A DNA stretch of 64,000 bases. Origin: Psammoneis japonica (taxonomy: Eukaryota). The stretch covers positions 214,406 through 278,405 of the forward strand of contig QPGO01000056.1 of NCBI GenBank assembly GCA_008632985.1, written 5' to 3'. The notes beneath the pieces were generated by a model. That model worked only from the letters and a program-made list of their open reading frames with translations. It did not search any database and was not told the origin of the DNA. The position numbers and the translations under genes are program-made. Positions 49,647 to 62,929 of this stretch are shown piece by piece. The number at the start of each line of letters is the position of its first letter. Position 1 is the stretch's first letter.

Positions 49647-49855
49647 GGTTTCCGTTCATCTGTCATTTTCATTGCATATCTTTTTGAGAACCTCGTTCAA
49701 AGCCGCTTCTCATAACAATCAAAAAGATTCATTTCGAAACGAACAGACATGCAAGACATCATCATCCCATCATCAGTCGTGACAGCAGGTGGCGTGTCGA
49801 TTTTGTGAGGCGCGATTGGTCCGATTTTGCCATTTCGGAACCCCCTAATAACACA

Positions 49856-49895
49856 TGACGTCATATTCTAACGGCGCGACTTCGCAGTGACGTCA
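49856..49895. promoter_or_regulatory. Two palindromic TGACGTCA (bZIP/CRE-type) sites upstream of ppsA
   Basis: TGACGTCA at 49856-63 and 49888-95, ~210-250 bp upstream of the ppsA ATG. Confidence 0.3.
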
Positions 49896-49929
49896 GAAAT
49901 GTCGGATTTGTGTTTCGCTCGGACCAAGG

Positions 49930-51868
49930 CTTGCGCAACGGTGAGACTGAGCTGGGGTGGTGGCGTGATGGGTGAGGCCAAAATGGGTGGATGTGGCACT
50001 GTTCCAGGTGGCTCTGGCAGCAGGGAAGAGACCCATGGGAAAGTGGGGCATGGACACACTCGCACAGGCAGGTGCTGGAAAGAGGACTCTGACTGCTGAT
50101 GTCCAGCCAGGGCAGAAATGGGGTGGGGTGCTCTTGGTTGGATCCAAAGCAGAGGCAGTGAGAGCAAAGCAGCCAGGTGTGCCAAATTGGTCAATGGCAG
50201 TTGACAAAGGGCACACAAGGCAGATGCCAATGTGTGCTGTGTTTTCATGTGATGCTGACAATTGGTTCAAGAAAATGGCCAGCCGCGGCCAAGCTTCAGA
50301 AGCTTTGCTTCACCATGAAAAGACGCTTTTGTGGACCCATCAACATGACATGCAATGGTTGGTGTTGGAATTCTGACAATGCATTGACCCTGTTGAAAAC
50401 GTTTTCAGTGACATTGTGATGTCAACATGTGGCATGGAAGACTGAGCAAGGTCAGCAGCATTGTGGCGTGACGGTTGACGTGGCTGGAGCCCAAGAAGGG
50501 CTTGCCCTGAATGTGTTTCTTTGGATGCACGAAATGCAAATGACATGTTGGCCCTGTTGGAAGTTGCTTTGACAGTGTTGTGACAAACACAACCAGTGTG
50601 GATGACTCAGCAGAGCTCAAATTGGTGGCATGACAGTGAAGTCAGCCTCAGCCCAAGGAGAGCTTGTTGTGAAAATGTTGCTCTGTGGATGCAGGAACTG
50701 TGGCTGGTTGCTTTGTCATTCTTTTCTCCATGCTGCAGCAGTTTGGAGAGCTCTTTTTGGCAGCAACCAATTTGGGCAAGGATCCAGAGATCTTGGCCCT
50801 GTGCATTTGAAAGACTCTGCCGCTGCTCCCAGAAGAAGAAGCGCAGAAGGCATTCCGAGAATCCTGCAGAGCTGGTCTGGACTCTCACCCTGCAAACAAA
50901 TCAAAGCAGCTGCACATTTTCATCACCAGCTTTCCCAATTGTGGCATGACTTCTCTGCTTTGTGCCTTTGAGGACTGCAAGGAAACTGAGATCAGGGGTG
51001 GGGAAAGCTGTGTGATTTTGCCAACCCCAATCTAGCTGACATGGATGCAAGGGCCAAACTGGACGATGCACTCACTGCATCACCCAACACTGAAGACTCA
51101 TCCCTTGAGAGCATCATCAAATGTCCAAGTGGTGCAAGATGACACCATGCGATTGACCGTCTGAGTTTCCACTCCCCAGACGTGTGCATTGTGATTGGCA
51201 TTTGGCATCCTGTCAAGCACCTCCAGTGCTTCCACAACTGTCGTGTTACGGAAGCTTGCCCCAAATGTGAGAAAGATGAGCGTGTCCCTTTGGTGGAAGA
51301 CCTTGTTGGATCCATGGATTGGAAGGGTGCATCAACCAACAGTGCCAGGCTTGAGCCATTTTTTATGCAGCTGGGAAAGGCAGACATGTCTCCACATGAG
51401 ATGCAGTCAGGAGCTGTCGAGCCAGAAAAACGTAGCTGTAACAAAATCAACAGCCAAGATGTTCTTGCACTCCCTTGAACAGCTTGAAGACAGTGACGAG
51501 AAGTGCAGTGCCGTAGAGACTTCCGACAGGACATGCACAACTTCCTTCAGTTGGAGGAGCAACTTGAGCCCTTTCAAAATTAACACAAAAACCACTTTGT
51601 GGGCGTCAAAGCATTTTCAGAAACCATCGATATCTGCAATGAAGACTTTGACCACATTCGAGGGCCAATAGTTTATCAGGGAAAGAGGACACAAGAACGG
51701 ACAACAAGTCGGTTTCTCTTCAATCCTGACGTGTTGCAGGAAACAGAGAGCATTTTCTGCGTTTGCTCGACCCTTGCATTCGTGGAGAATCTGAACTTTC
51801 CTTCAACGCCGCAGCGCCCGAACCTTCGTTGGATTAACAGAGCCGTGCATTACGCATTTTGCGGATGA
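49930..51868 (+). pseudogene. TpA-depleted island with an unidentified decayed reading frame
   Basis: TA is nearly absent and CG reduced over ~49930-51400, returning to normal toward 51870. Broken + strand frames; no recognisable TE motif. Confidence 0.4.
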
Positions 51869-52048
51869 AGATATCATAGTCCATACAATAGGAGTAGACG
51901 CACCGCACATGACCTATTATAAGGTAACATTTAAAGCAAATGCAGTTTGGCCGAATGAAGGACACAGTACTGTCGCAAAGTATTCAAGCGCTTGAATGGT
52001 ATACAATAGAAAAACGTTCTCCAGGACAACGTCCATGGAACTACCTTT

Positions 52049-54177
52049 CTAATCCTCTTCACTGGACGTAAAGCTCCGGAAGCTTGAAAAAGAGCTTGAA
52101 CGGTTGGTTGAGGAGGGGGTTGAGTGATAACTCGTTTCTTTTGGAAAGTACTTTTTCACCAAGGTTTCAAATTCATGCAATGATATGGTGCCACTCCCGT
52201 CTTCATCAAGCTCACGTAACAACTCCCCAATGTCTTCCAGCGTAAAGCCCAAGGAAAAGGCTTCGAGCGTCTCCTTAAACTCTGATGTGGTGATCTCTCC
52301 ACTGCCATCGGCATCAAATATCTCAAACAACACCTCTGCCTTCTCTTTTGGGGTTGGCATGGTTTTATCCTGGACGACACATTGCTCATAAAAGATAATG
52401 AATTCATCTTTGCTCACAAATCCGTCCCCGTCTATGTCAAGCTCTTGGACAATCTTTTTGGACATTTCCACGGTGATGGGAATGCCAAGTTTGTTGAGCA
52501 AACCTGCGAACTCTTTGGGCTCCAAAACCCCGTCACTGTTTTTATCGAGAGCATTAAACGTCCGTTCCACCTCCCTGGATGTCAGGGTCGACAAACTTCT
52601 CGTGGAATCACCAATGGGTTTATCCTTGTAAGTGCTTGTAGCATCTTGGCGTTCCTTAATAGCGGATTCCACAGAGCAAAGAACCTTGCGCAAGACCAGA
52701 AACGCCCGAATCATAGCCTCCACCTTTTGATCGCGAATGACGTTGGCCACGGCGTCGTGTTTCCGAAGGTAGCCAATCGATGAGACTTGTGTTATACTAG
52801 ACACCAAGCTCTTTGCAATACGTGTCCAGAGTAGAAACGGAGCAGCAGCCAAGACTGCATACAAGACTGATAGCACAACCGGCTCGTGTGAAAACATGTA
52901 TGGGAAATATACAAGCACCAGCATGGCCCAATAGATTCCAGTAAAGACGAGATTGATCTGAAGAATAATCAAGTAGGCTTCGGGTCCATGCTCTTGAAAC
53001 CAAAAGAGCATTTGTTGTCTGTTTCGTTTCTTGGAGTGCTCCTTGTCCATTGGTATTCTACACCATGCCGGTAGCTGCGCTTCGGATACCAGTAGGTGCG
53101 TATCTTCAAGGGCGTTGGAGTGCGCATCGGAGATTTTCCATCCCATTGCTTGCTTGATCGTACAAAGGTGATGATGAAAGAAGCAACAAAACAGAAAAGC
53201 AAACCACTCAACTGCTACCCACGCCCAAGACAGGGCCGCTTTATTGTGCTGAACAAGGGTGCCAAATCCATAAAACAAAACCGAAAAGGCTACAAAGGAC
53301 AGCCACGTGGGCAAGTGAACTTCGACAATGTGGCCCAAGGTCTTTTCGAGACATCTCGAGAGATACATGGAAAAGTTAAATGAAGACTCGAGGCGCTGGT
53401 CTTTGTCTTTGGGAAGAAAAGGGGGTCGAGCTGACGTTCCAACACAAATTCTTTGCGAAGCCCATAATACAACAAGAGCTGATCTTTTCCGCCTACCTCT
53501 GGGAAGAAAAACTTGTATACACAAGACCTAAATGTCGTTGGCTTTGCAGATTCTTCCTTTGCAATCTTTTCTGCTAGACTTGGCTCATGACAAAGCTGGC
53601 AAATCGCTTGCCACTCTTTTTCAATGAGCTTTGCTTGCTTGATCAATACCGCCACAGAAAACATATAAATCACCATGATCAAGAACAAACTAAAGTGAAT
53701 AATCTCGAAACTTTCCTGCAACTCTTGTTGGTCCCCAAAAATAAAGTCGGATAGTTGTGAAAAGACTCCCGTTTGGACCACACAAAAGGTGCACAAGCTG
53801 AGAAAGCCTAAAACTGTCATTTCTCCGAAAAGCGCATCCACCACCTTTTCAAAGCGTTTGCTTGCCGCATGTTCGAGTTGGTGTCTAATGAGCTCGAATC
53901 CAATAGAACAGCCAATCAAGACAAGGACAATCACGATACCCACAGTTGCATCTAAATTGTCATTTTCTTCTTCTCCTTCTTCTGTTTCATTGTATTGAAG
54001 GCCTTCGTCGTGTGTTGATTCTGTGCCATTAAGATGCGGAAGACTCGACAAAGCTTGGTCGGAATCACTCCACGTTGAGTCGATTGTTTTTGGAGCAAAA
54101 AGAAAATGAGGAACAAAATGTCCCGCCACCACACCAAACAGGAAAATCACCCATGTGGGAACGGAAAGCACTGTCAT
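52049..54177 (-). CDS. MLO-family membrane protein fused to four EF-hands (1-nt frameshift near 53421-25)
   Basis: VDALFGEMTVLGFLSL, FEIIHFSLFLI and FNFSMYLSRCL..IVEV are MLO-like. EF-hands DKNSDGVLEPKEF, DIDGDGFVSKDEF, DADGSGEITTSEF, DEDGSGTISLHEF. Confidence 0.75.
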
Positions 54178-54748
54178 TGCCTTTGATACTCATCAAACGC
54201 GGCAAATGCGATTCGCTAGAGAGGCCACTGGAGATATACTGTAGGTAGCAACGAGACGGGGAGAAGGTTCAACGGTCTCAACGAATAATCAGAGCATTGC
54301 AAAAGAGCGGAACGATGAGCGGAAGTTGTGGCGGTGGCGGCGGGGGATGGCAAGAATCTGAACACGTCATCACTGCCATTGCTTCCATGACGTGGGTTTC
54401 TTCAAGGGGCACTTATTAGTTACTGTATTCAGCATTTGTCTTCTTTTTTTATCGAGCTCTTGGAGCGAGCTCGAGATCCAGGATCTTTCTTTCGCACAAA
54501 CGAAGAGACGGCTGAGCATATCCGCAAAAATTGCATCCTTGCTGATTGTGATGTCGTTCCAAGCAGCGTGATACTCATTTCTGTAGCTGCAATCTGCTCG
54601 TTTGGAAACAGTGTCATGCCTCTCGGGATCTCCTTGAGTGAGTTTCTCTTCGTTTTGCTGCATTGGCAGCGATGGTGTTTAGGAAATGTTCCAGTACCGT
54701 TTTCTCACGTTACTTTCATGTTTTCGTCTCTCTCTTTCACTCCATAGA

Positions 54749-56361
54749 CTCGAACATTTTTCAAGCAGGCTCCATACTGGAGGGAAGTGTCTACTTTGAC
54801 ATTAACAAGGAAGTGTCGGCGAAAGAATGCGTTGCTCTGCTGGAAGGATACGAAATCGCAAAGGTGGAATACGAAGACGTACACCAATCATCTGGCGACA
54901 CGCAACAGCAAGATCGTCACACGCGTATGGCAGAAGCGACACGACGATTGATTCAAATGAATATACCGCTTGACAATGACATGATTGTAAACAATAGGAT
55001 CCAGGCAGGAAGGTACCAGATGAAGTTTCAAGTGAATTTGCCAGAGGGGTTACCATCGTCCATGGAGGCTACTGGGCGTTCGTTTTCTGACCAATGTAGT
55101 ATTGCCTATGAAATACGTGCGCAGCTAAAAGGGTCTGGATGGATAAGCGACTACAAAGCCAAGCAACCAGTGACAATTGTGGCGAAGCCCCTGCAAAAGG
55201 AAGCGCTGCCTTTTCGCGGAGAGCCCGTTGAGAAACAAGTCCGCTCGTGTTGTTGCTGGAATCGAGGCCAGATTCTCTTTGGAGCACGCGTCCAAGATAC
55301 CATGTTGGACAAGGGAGAGAGTGTGAAAGTTTGTGTGTCTTGCAAGAATCACACCAACACTGCAGTGACTGCCATCCAAGCAACCCTCCAAGAAACACTC
55401 GAATGGTCTGCGCAGAGCCACCGCGAATTTAAAGTTCGTACACTAGCGACGGTCGACTTTCCCCAGTTTTCTTGGGAAACCGCATCCACTACAAGCAGCA
55501 TGGAGGAACTTCAAGAAATTCAAAAGGAGCTGGAGAATGGCACGCACTCTGGTACGGTCGTAATGCCGACGGTAAGACCAATGTCTTCTCTGCGGGTCCT
55601 TGCTCACCTGGAGCTCGCCCTTATCGTTTCGCATTTCAAACCATGTTTGACAGGACGCTTATGACACATTTGCAGGAAAACTCATTTCGTGTCAACACAC
55701 AATCAAGATTGTGGTCAAGACAGGTTGTTGCATTGACAATCCCGAGATTGAAATCCCCGTGAAAGCCGGACCCGTTCAAAACGGGCGCATCTCCCAACCC
55801 TCACAGCAGCAGCCTCCTGCTGACTTTGTGGATGGCGCTAACATTTCTGAGCCCGTTGCATGTTCATCACCTTTTGCTGTATTGGGAGGATCGCCGTACG
55901 AGCACAGTGGTGTTGGGCAGAAAGAAGAAGAAGATGTCGTCATTCCGCCCTCCTTGGAGCCACCACCGCCTTCCATGGCGCTTCTGTTCAAGGAATTGGA
56001 CGAATCTATCAACGACTACGACCTTGTCAAGAAAAGAGTAAACGATCGTGATTGGGAGACGGTATTTGATAGCATGACGCCAGCTGACTATGGAAAAGTA
56101 ATTAAGATGGTCGACTCGGACTTTGATCAACCGAAAGTGGCCGAATGCATTGCAGAAGCAATGGCCTCCAAATTTTCATGTGACTACTGCGTTGCCGCAG
56201 TTCGCGTTTCATCTGACTACAATCGCTCTACTGTGGTAGAGAAGGTGCTGCCGTACTGTGTGGATCTGTCGACAAACAAGAACAAGATTCTATCGGAACT
56301 CAGTGATTGGGAAAAGACGGTGACGGAACGCGCCTTCGCCAATGCGTTGAAAGGAAAGTAG
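54749..56361 (+). CDS. Arrestin-domain protein (5' exon(s) not resolved; intron 55572-55652)
   Basis: FQAGSILEGSVYF...LEGYE...GRYQMKFQVNLPEGLPSSM...CSIAYEIRAQL is an arrestin N-domain pattern, followed by a C-domain and helical tail. Confidence 0.75.
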
Positions 56362-56573
56362 GCTGTTTAAAGGATGCATGGATGAGATTGCAGAACCAAT
56401 CCGATGCGGCGTTGACCGCATCGATTTCTACATGCGAATAGGACGAGGGAAGGTCTGGCTCTGGGTTCTCGGAAAGACAGATGTCTCCAATAGTGTTTTT
56501 GTACTACAAACGTGATTGATTGTAGGCAACGTTACGCAGCAAATAAATATGTAGTTGAGTTGGGCGTGGTTGT

Positions 56574-57366
56574 CTACATGTTCCGCTGCTTATTGATTAT
56601 ATCGCCGATATTCATGTGCAACAGTTCGCGGTCGGCTCCTGCTGGGCTGAGCGAATACGCCGCTTGATGGATTCGGTCATGAGCAAAACGATACGCCGCC
56701 GGAGAGGAGACAAGACTGTCCCTTTCGAGAATGCCCTCCTTGACTGCAAGGCAAAGACTGCTGTCAAGATTTTGTGCTTCCACCTTGTATTCAGCCCTCT
56801 GACCGGATTTGTCTTGTACCGAAATTCCTTTCTTTGTTTCGTTGGCCTCGATAAACTCCTGGAGCAAATGAGCATCAAATCAAGAACCAATTCACGCCGC
56901 AAGAGTCAGGACAGACCGCTCCTCTTCAGATTGAAGACAACTACTTATTGATTTCATTGGCCCTGGGTCCACGACATTGTCAGATGTGGAAGCATTGGTT
57001 CGTTAGCGGTCGACATCCCATGTCCATCGAACTGCTCCCAATGAAAATGTTAGAAGGTCATCGTCAACAAGAGATTCAAGTAATCGGATAAAGAAAAACA
57101 CATTCTCTTCTGTCCTTTCGTGAATCACGCTCGTCAGCAACAGTGTATCTATGGCCTCCATTCCCAGAACGTCGGCTACGAGCTCATTGGCTGTCGCTGT
57201 TGAGATGTTGCCAAGCTGAATCTTTGACATTTTGACACTGTGGCAGTAAGTCCCTCAATTTGACGCAATCGTATAGCCAAGGGATGGCTGTGGTCCACTT
57301 CATTGTCATGATAGGAGCCAACATATCAAACGCAAAACGCCCCTTGAACCATGTGCGCAGCGGCAA
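56574..57366 (-). pseudogene. Fragmented AAA/STAND ATPase gene (multi-sensor kinase type)
   Basis: IQLGNIS...LVADVL...IHERTEENVFFFIRLLESL...WTWDVDR and YRFAHDRIHQAAYSL, split over several frames by stops and shifts. Confidence 0.65.
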
Positions 57367-57404
57367 AATGGATTTCTACAGCAATTTGATCATGCTACCC
57401 GATA

Positions 57405-57622
57405 CAAAAAGTCTGGAATATCATTCCTGCGTAGAATTTGTACCAGAAAAGCCAATAAAGTCTGGAATAGCGGGATTTTTCGTGTTTTTCTGGATATTCC
57501 TGGTACTGACTCTACACCAGATTCTACGTGTTTTTTGTCAAAATCGGATATTCCAGACTTTTTTGACCACCCTGGTGCTGATTCTACGACGGTTTCTACG
57601 CAGTTCAATGTTCCAGACTTCT
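57405..57622. repeat. Cluster of short inverted/direct repeats (AAGTCTGGAATA core)
   Basis: CAAAAAGTCTGGAATATC (57405-22) versus GATATTCCAGACTTTTTTG (57547-65); further copies near 57457 and 57607; CTGCGTAGAA versus TTCTACGCAG. Confidence 0.7.
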
Positions 57623-58834
57623 TGTGCAGGGTCGAAGGACATTCCGCCTGTGCCGACAAGAACTTCACAAAGTGCACCAAGAAAATCAAGAACAACTGTG
57701 ATGATGGAGAGGATGTCACCTCTGAACAACTCATGATTTGTGTTGAAAAGAAGTGCCAAGCCCTTGTTCTCAAGAAAAAGTGGAGCGTCCTGGCCAAGGA
57801 ACAAGAACAGATCGTCGCTCTTCGTGCAAAAATCAATGATCTCAAGTCTCAAGAACACTGGCCTCGTAAAGACCAACAAGGGGAGATGACCTCATCACCC
57901 GTTGATGATGCACCGGGAAATCACCCCCCGCATCTGCCACATTGAGCGCATTCAAGTTGGCGTTTGGAAGCGAGCTGCTGCTGCTCATTCTTCCGAAGAG
58001 CTTTGGCAGCAAGCCGAGTGGATGGTCTAAAAGCGCCATTGTGTTCGGCGGAGGACACCATCCGCCGCTGCACCTGTGAAGCTCGCAGGACAGTCACACG
58101 TCATGCACCAAGACGGCAATGTCGGAAACAATCCGCCGCCGGATGCCGCTGTGGCGGCACAACAACCCCAACAACCGATTCCGGCAGCCAACAACGCCCA
58201 GAACGTGCCGCCAGCACTGGTGCATCCCATGGTGCCGGCAGCACCAGGAGCAGCGGCACAACCTGCCGCAGCGCAGGGAGGGCAAGCCCCGGGAGGGGCT
58301 CCCCAACAGCCGGCACCGCAAGTGCCACTCGTGCCACCAGCAGGTCCCGTGCGGCAGGGAGTTCCAGTGCCACCGGCAAGGTCAGGATTGCTGCTCGCAC
58401 GCCACAAAGGATCTGTGCACTGGCAACTGTGCGGAAATCATGCAGGACTTCATGGCCCCACTGCAAGGGCAATCCCGCTGCAATCCCAACGTGCTGAGAA
58501 CCCGTGTTGGAGCAGCTTCTTCGCACGATTTGCCTGTGGCACTGGCGCAGCACTGCCGGGTGCAAGGAGGCAACAATGCGGGAGTTGTGCAGGTGTTTCA
58601 TCACGCAACCCAGCACCCGATCACGGTGGCAGGACCAGCACAACCGTGGGATGGACAATTCTTTGCGCTCGCAGGCGACCTGACGATGAGACAATGCCAA
58701 CTTGCACCCGTGACGACGCCTTTCAGCTGGCCCAACACGGCACGTGGGTGCCGACCAATGCAGCGCTGCAAGCTCACATGGTCACGACCCCGGAAGGATT
58801 GCACCCACAAGTGCAGCTGAACGACCCAGACGCG

Positions 58835-59230
58835 GACGTGTTCCAGCTCCAGGTGGGACCTCGTGCCACTGAACTGTGACATGATTGTTTTTCATCATCC
58901 GTCGCATGTTTCGCGCGCACATTTCTACGTGTTCTGTCATAAAAAATTGTTCCACACTGCCTGTTTTGCGAAGCCAAAGGCTTTCTGTCATCTGCACTTG
59001 TGTCAATAAAAATGCGCTGGGTGTGTTCTTTGATGTCTAAAGAGTGCACCCGGGCATGCTGTAAAGAATGCACTTCAAGTGTGGAGGAGGAGACACGTTT
59101 GCAAAATTGCCTCTTTTTCTGTTGGCGATCATTCATGTGTCCATTGCTTGACAATTTTACTGCGGAGCTCGCACGCAGAATTCCATGGGCCCAATGTCAC
59201 AAAAAGTCCCACCTGGGACTGGAACCCGTC
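58835..59230. mobile_element. 396-bp MITE / non-autonomous DNA transposon nested in YR-element gag
   Basis: 25-bp TIRs GACGTGTTCCAGCTCCAGGTGGGAC and GTCCCACCTGGGACTGGAACCCGTC (3 mismatches), CGCG duplicated on both sides. Excision restores gag LNDPDA|VEVRTRN. Confidence 0.85.
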
Positions 59231-61069
59231 CGCGGTTGAGGTCAGGACGCGGAACACCATGATGGTGCCATTCGCGTGTGTTGATCTCTTGCTTTCAACG
59301 CCGTTGATGCCAAAGCAAGCATTCACCCGGGTCCTGGGGGCTGTCACAGCTGCCAATGCGGTCAACGAATGCAGGCCACTTCTGGACTTTTTGAAAGTGG
59401 CGTGTTGTGCAACAGCATGGGACCAACATGTGTCCAAAGCAGCGCAAGCATGGCCAACGATGGTGCAGCCACCCAACGAAGTGCTCACTTGTTTCTTTGA
59501 TGCGATGGTGCAGCGTGACCTTCTGCACCACGTGGGCCAACCGCCGCAACCACGCCAGTTCGAACCAGTGGTCACGGCCATCAAGAGCTTAACAGCAGAA
59601 CAGTGCCAACAACGTTTAGATGCGGAAGCGCGCCAACAGGCGGCACAGCGCGGCAAGACACCGACGGAGTTCTGCGGAGAGTTTGGCGTTGCCAAACTCA
59701 TGCGTTTGTGCCAGGTGCATCACGAAGCCAACCTTCCACCACTCTGGGCGCAACTGGCGGCCTCTCCCAAGACTGGCCGAATTGCTGCCATCCAAAATGC
59801 AATCGACGAGCAACGGCAAGCACACCACGTGTGCTTCAGCGTGCCAGTGACCGTGAACCTGGTCACAAAACTCACCCAAGTCGACTTTGCTGGGCATGAC
59901 AAGGACGAGTTAACTCAGGGGATCACCCCCTTCTTGTTGGCATCACTGCACTGGAGCAAGCCGAGCAGACCACTTGTCGCAGCTCCATGTGTCAACAGAT
60001 TCATGGAGGTGATGGCACACCGTCCTTGGCGGATGCGCGTGTGTTGGAGGCCCCGGACGACGCCATGGTGGCCACTGCGATCCAGGCAGTTCAGCAGTCT
60101 TTCGACGGTTTGCGCATCGTTCTCTCAGCAGCCTTTGGCACAGCACATCCACTGGTGCAGTGGTTGACTCACGTGCGCCAGTCAATGGATGTCTGCGCGA
60201 ACGATTTGGCGGCGCAAGTGGTGTCGCACCCGACGTTGCCAGCGGACCTGCAACGTTGCGCGCAGGTAAAAATGTGCCATTGGTTCCAGGCACAAACGCA
60301 CTCACAAAACCCTGTCCCATTTCAACCGCTCCCAGTGGTGGCTGAGGCCGCACAAGGTGCCCACCATTGGCGTCTCGACCTGCCGACGTCTGTCCTTCAA
60401 CCGCCCACCACACCGCGTTCGCAGACTTCTGGGCAGCCACAGCCAGGACAAAACCGCGTCAATGTGCCTGGCGACAATTCCATCATCCACAACGAACAGT
60501 GCGACAAATGCTTCACGGTCTTGCGGGAGCGTCCCAACATACGTTCGTGCACCGTCAAGCAGCACTGCGCCCGTGACAATGTTGCCTTGCCCACGGATTC
60601 CCAAGGGGCGCCATGTTGTCTCCCATGCCATTTCATCAGACAGTGCAACAACAACTGCGGATCATGCGCCAATCATCATCACAGCCACATGGAGCAGGAG
60701 CAGGTCGACCTTCTCACTTGGGGTGCGCAACATTGGAAGACCGAATGGATCATCGGCAATGGTTCCTGCTCGGGGACATGGAACCAAGAGCCACTTCCCG
60801 CACGGGCACACAAGCCCATGCATCCACAACCCCCGCAAGTGGAGTCTAGAAAACGGCACGTCTGCCCCACAACACGTGGACAGGATGTGGCCGCATCAGC
60901 ACTGACTGATGAATTGGGCAAGCAAATTACACGCGATGCAAAATTGTTGCGCCTTAGAGGCCTCAGTTGCTTGTTGCGTCTGCGCAGTGGCAGAGGTGAC
61001 TGGGGACCATTGGTGACAACGCGACAGCATGCAGCACACCGAGTGCTCACCAGTTGCAAATGTTGAGGG

Positions 61070-62900
61070 GTGCCGGTCACTGTTGCAGACGAGCCATGGT
61101 CCAACGCTGAGCTCCAAGGTAGCATCGCTCGAGGACCACACAAGTCCGCCTGCAAACACATTGAGTTTTTGCGTGAAGACATGTCTGACCATGTCGACAA
61201 GGGTTTCTGGGTGGTTGTTCCATGCAACGACGTCAAGAAGGAACCCAATCTACAGCTGAGTCCCATCGGCGTTGTCCCACAACACGCACGTAGACCACGA
61301 CCGATTGTGGGTTGCACACTCTGTGGTGTTGATCCCTCTGCTCAGCCAAATGTGCCAATGGAATCCACGCAGTTCGGGCGCACGCTGGACCACATCCTTC
61401 GGTGCGTTCTCCTTGCCAATCCAAACAAGGGCCATGTCCATCTGACGAAGATTGACTCAGCGGATGGTTTCCACCGCATGCAGCTGGTGCCCGAGCAAGC
61501 ACCCACACCAGGTGTGGTTTTTCCCCGCCTTCCCGGGGAACCTCCCCTGGCAGCCATGCCAACTCGGTCACCCATGGGATGGTCCAACTCACCTCCGGCA
61601 TTTAGTGTGGTGACCGAGACGGTCGCCGACGTTGCCAATCGCCAGCTCGTGTGCAACCATCGGGCACCGGAACACCCACTCGAACCTTGCCTCGATGGCC
61701 GACCACCAAAGCACCACGCTGTTGCTGCTGACGTGAATCCGCCCATCGCTGTCCCAGTGCCAGACACGCCGGATCCACACCTCGCGCACCACCGCCGGCG
61801 GCATCTCCAACATGTCGACATCTACGTTGATGACTTCATCGGCACCGCCCAAGGCTCCAAACAATCGCTGCGCAACGTGCATCGCACGATCATGCACGCC
61901 ATTGACGATGCATTTCGTCCACTCGACGACCAAGATCACGCGAGTCGCAAGGAGCCAATCTCAGTCAAAAAGCTCCGCAAAGGCGACGCCACTTGGTCAA
62001 CGCAGAAGGAGGTCCTGGGGTGGATCATTGACACTTTGTCCATGACCATCCGCCTTGCGCCGCGATGCCGCGAGCGCCTCCGCACCACGCTGTACGAAGA
62101 GTTTCCCCGCCACTGCAAGCGGGCAGCGCTTGCCGACCTGCACAAGCTTCTTGGCGAACTGCGATCCCTCACGCCCGGCATTCCCGGGTCTCGCAATCTG
62201 TTCTCCGAACTCCAAGAAGCCTTGCTCCACACCAAACCCGACGGGCGAGTTCGTCTTGCCCGCAACTTTCACGACATGTTGGACGATTTTCGGTTGTTGT
62301 GCCACGGGCTCGATCTCCGCCCCACCCGCATCCAAGAACTTGTCCCCCTGTCGCCCACTGTCACGGGCTGCCATGATGCAGCCAGTCATGGCGCAGGTGG
62401 CATCCTTCTCCCTGCGCCGTCAGCGGTCGCACGCAGCACCACGCTGCATCACTCCACTGCTTGCCGTCGGAGACCACAACATGACGCCAGACCCATCGTC
62501 TGGCGCATGCATTTCCCTCAAGCAGTCACCGACCGCCTGTCCACTTTTAAGAATCCCCGCGGCCCTGTCACCAACACCGACTTGGAGTTGGTCAGCGGCA
62601 TTGTGCAATCCTGTGCCGCGGCGGACTGTTTCGATGTTTGAGAGCGCACAGTGCTTAACCGCACAGACAACACCGGCACTCTCTTTCGTCAACGCAAGGG
62701 CTCCACCACGACTGCGAAGGTCGCAGCACCCCTCCTTCGACACCAAGGTCACCACCAACGTTTCCACCGCTGCCTGTCTCTCCACGACTGCTTGCCGGGA
62801 CCGTTAAACACCGCTGCAGATGACGCCTCTCGCTTGCAACAATTGTCCAACCGTGCCTTCTTGCAACATTTTAACACTCACTGCCCACAGACTCCCTCTT
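61070..62900 (+). pseudogene. RT-RNase H of YR retroelement
   Basis: RT and RNase H motifs as above, interrupted by an in-frame TGA at 62639-41. Confidence 0.85.
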
Positions 62901-62929
62901 GGCGCCTTTGGACCCCTCCACCCGCGCTG

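Noticed and set aside
57620..57900. Short gag-like fragment (KKCQALV...EQIVALRAK)
   Set aside because: Too short and degraded to assign; noted only as TA-depleted repeat debris.
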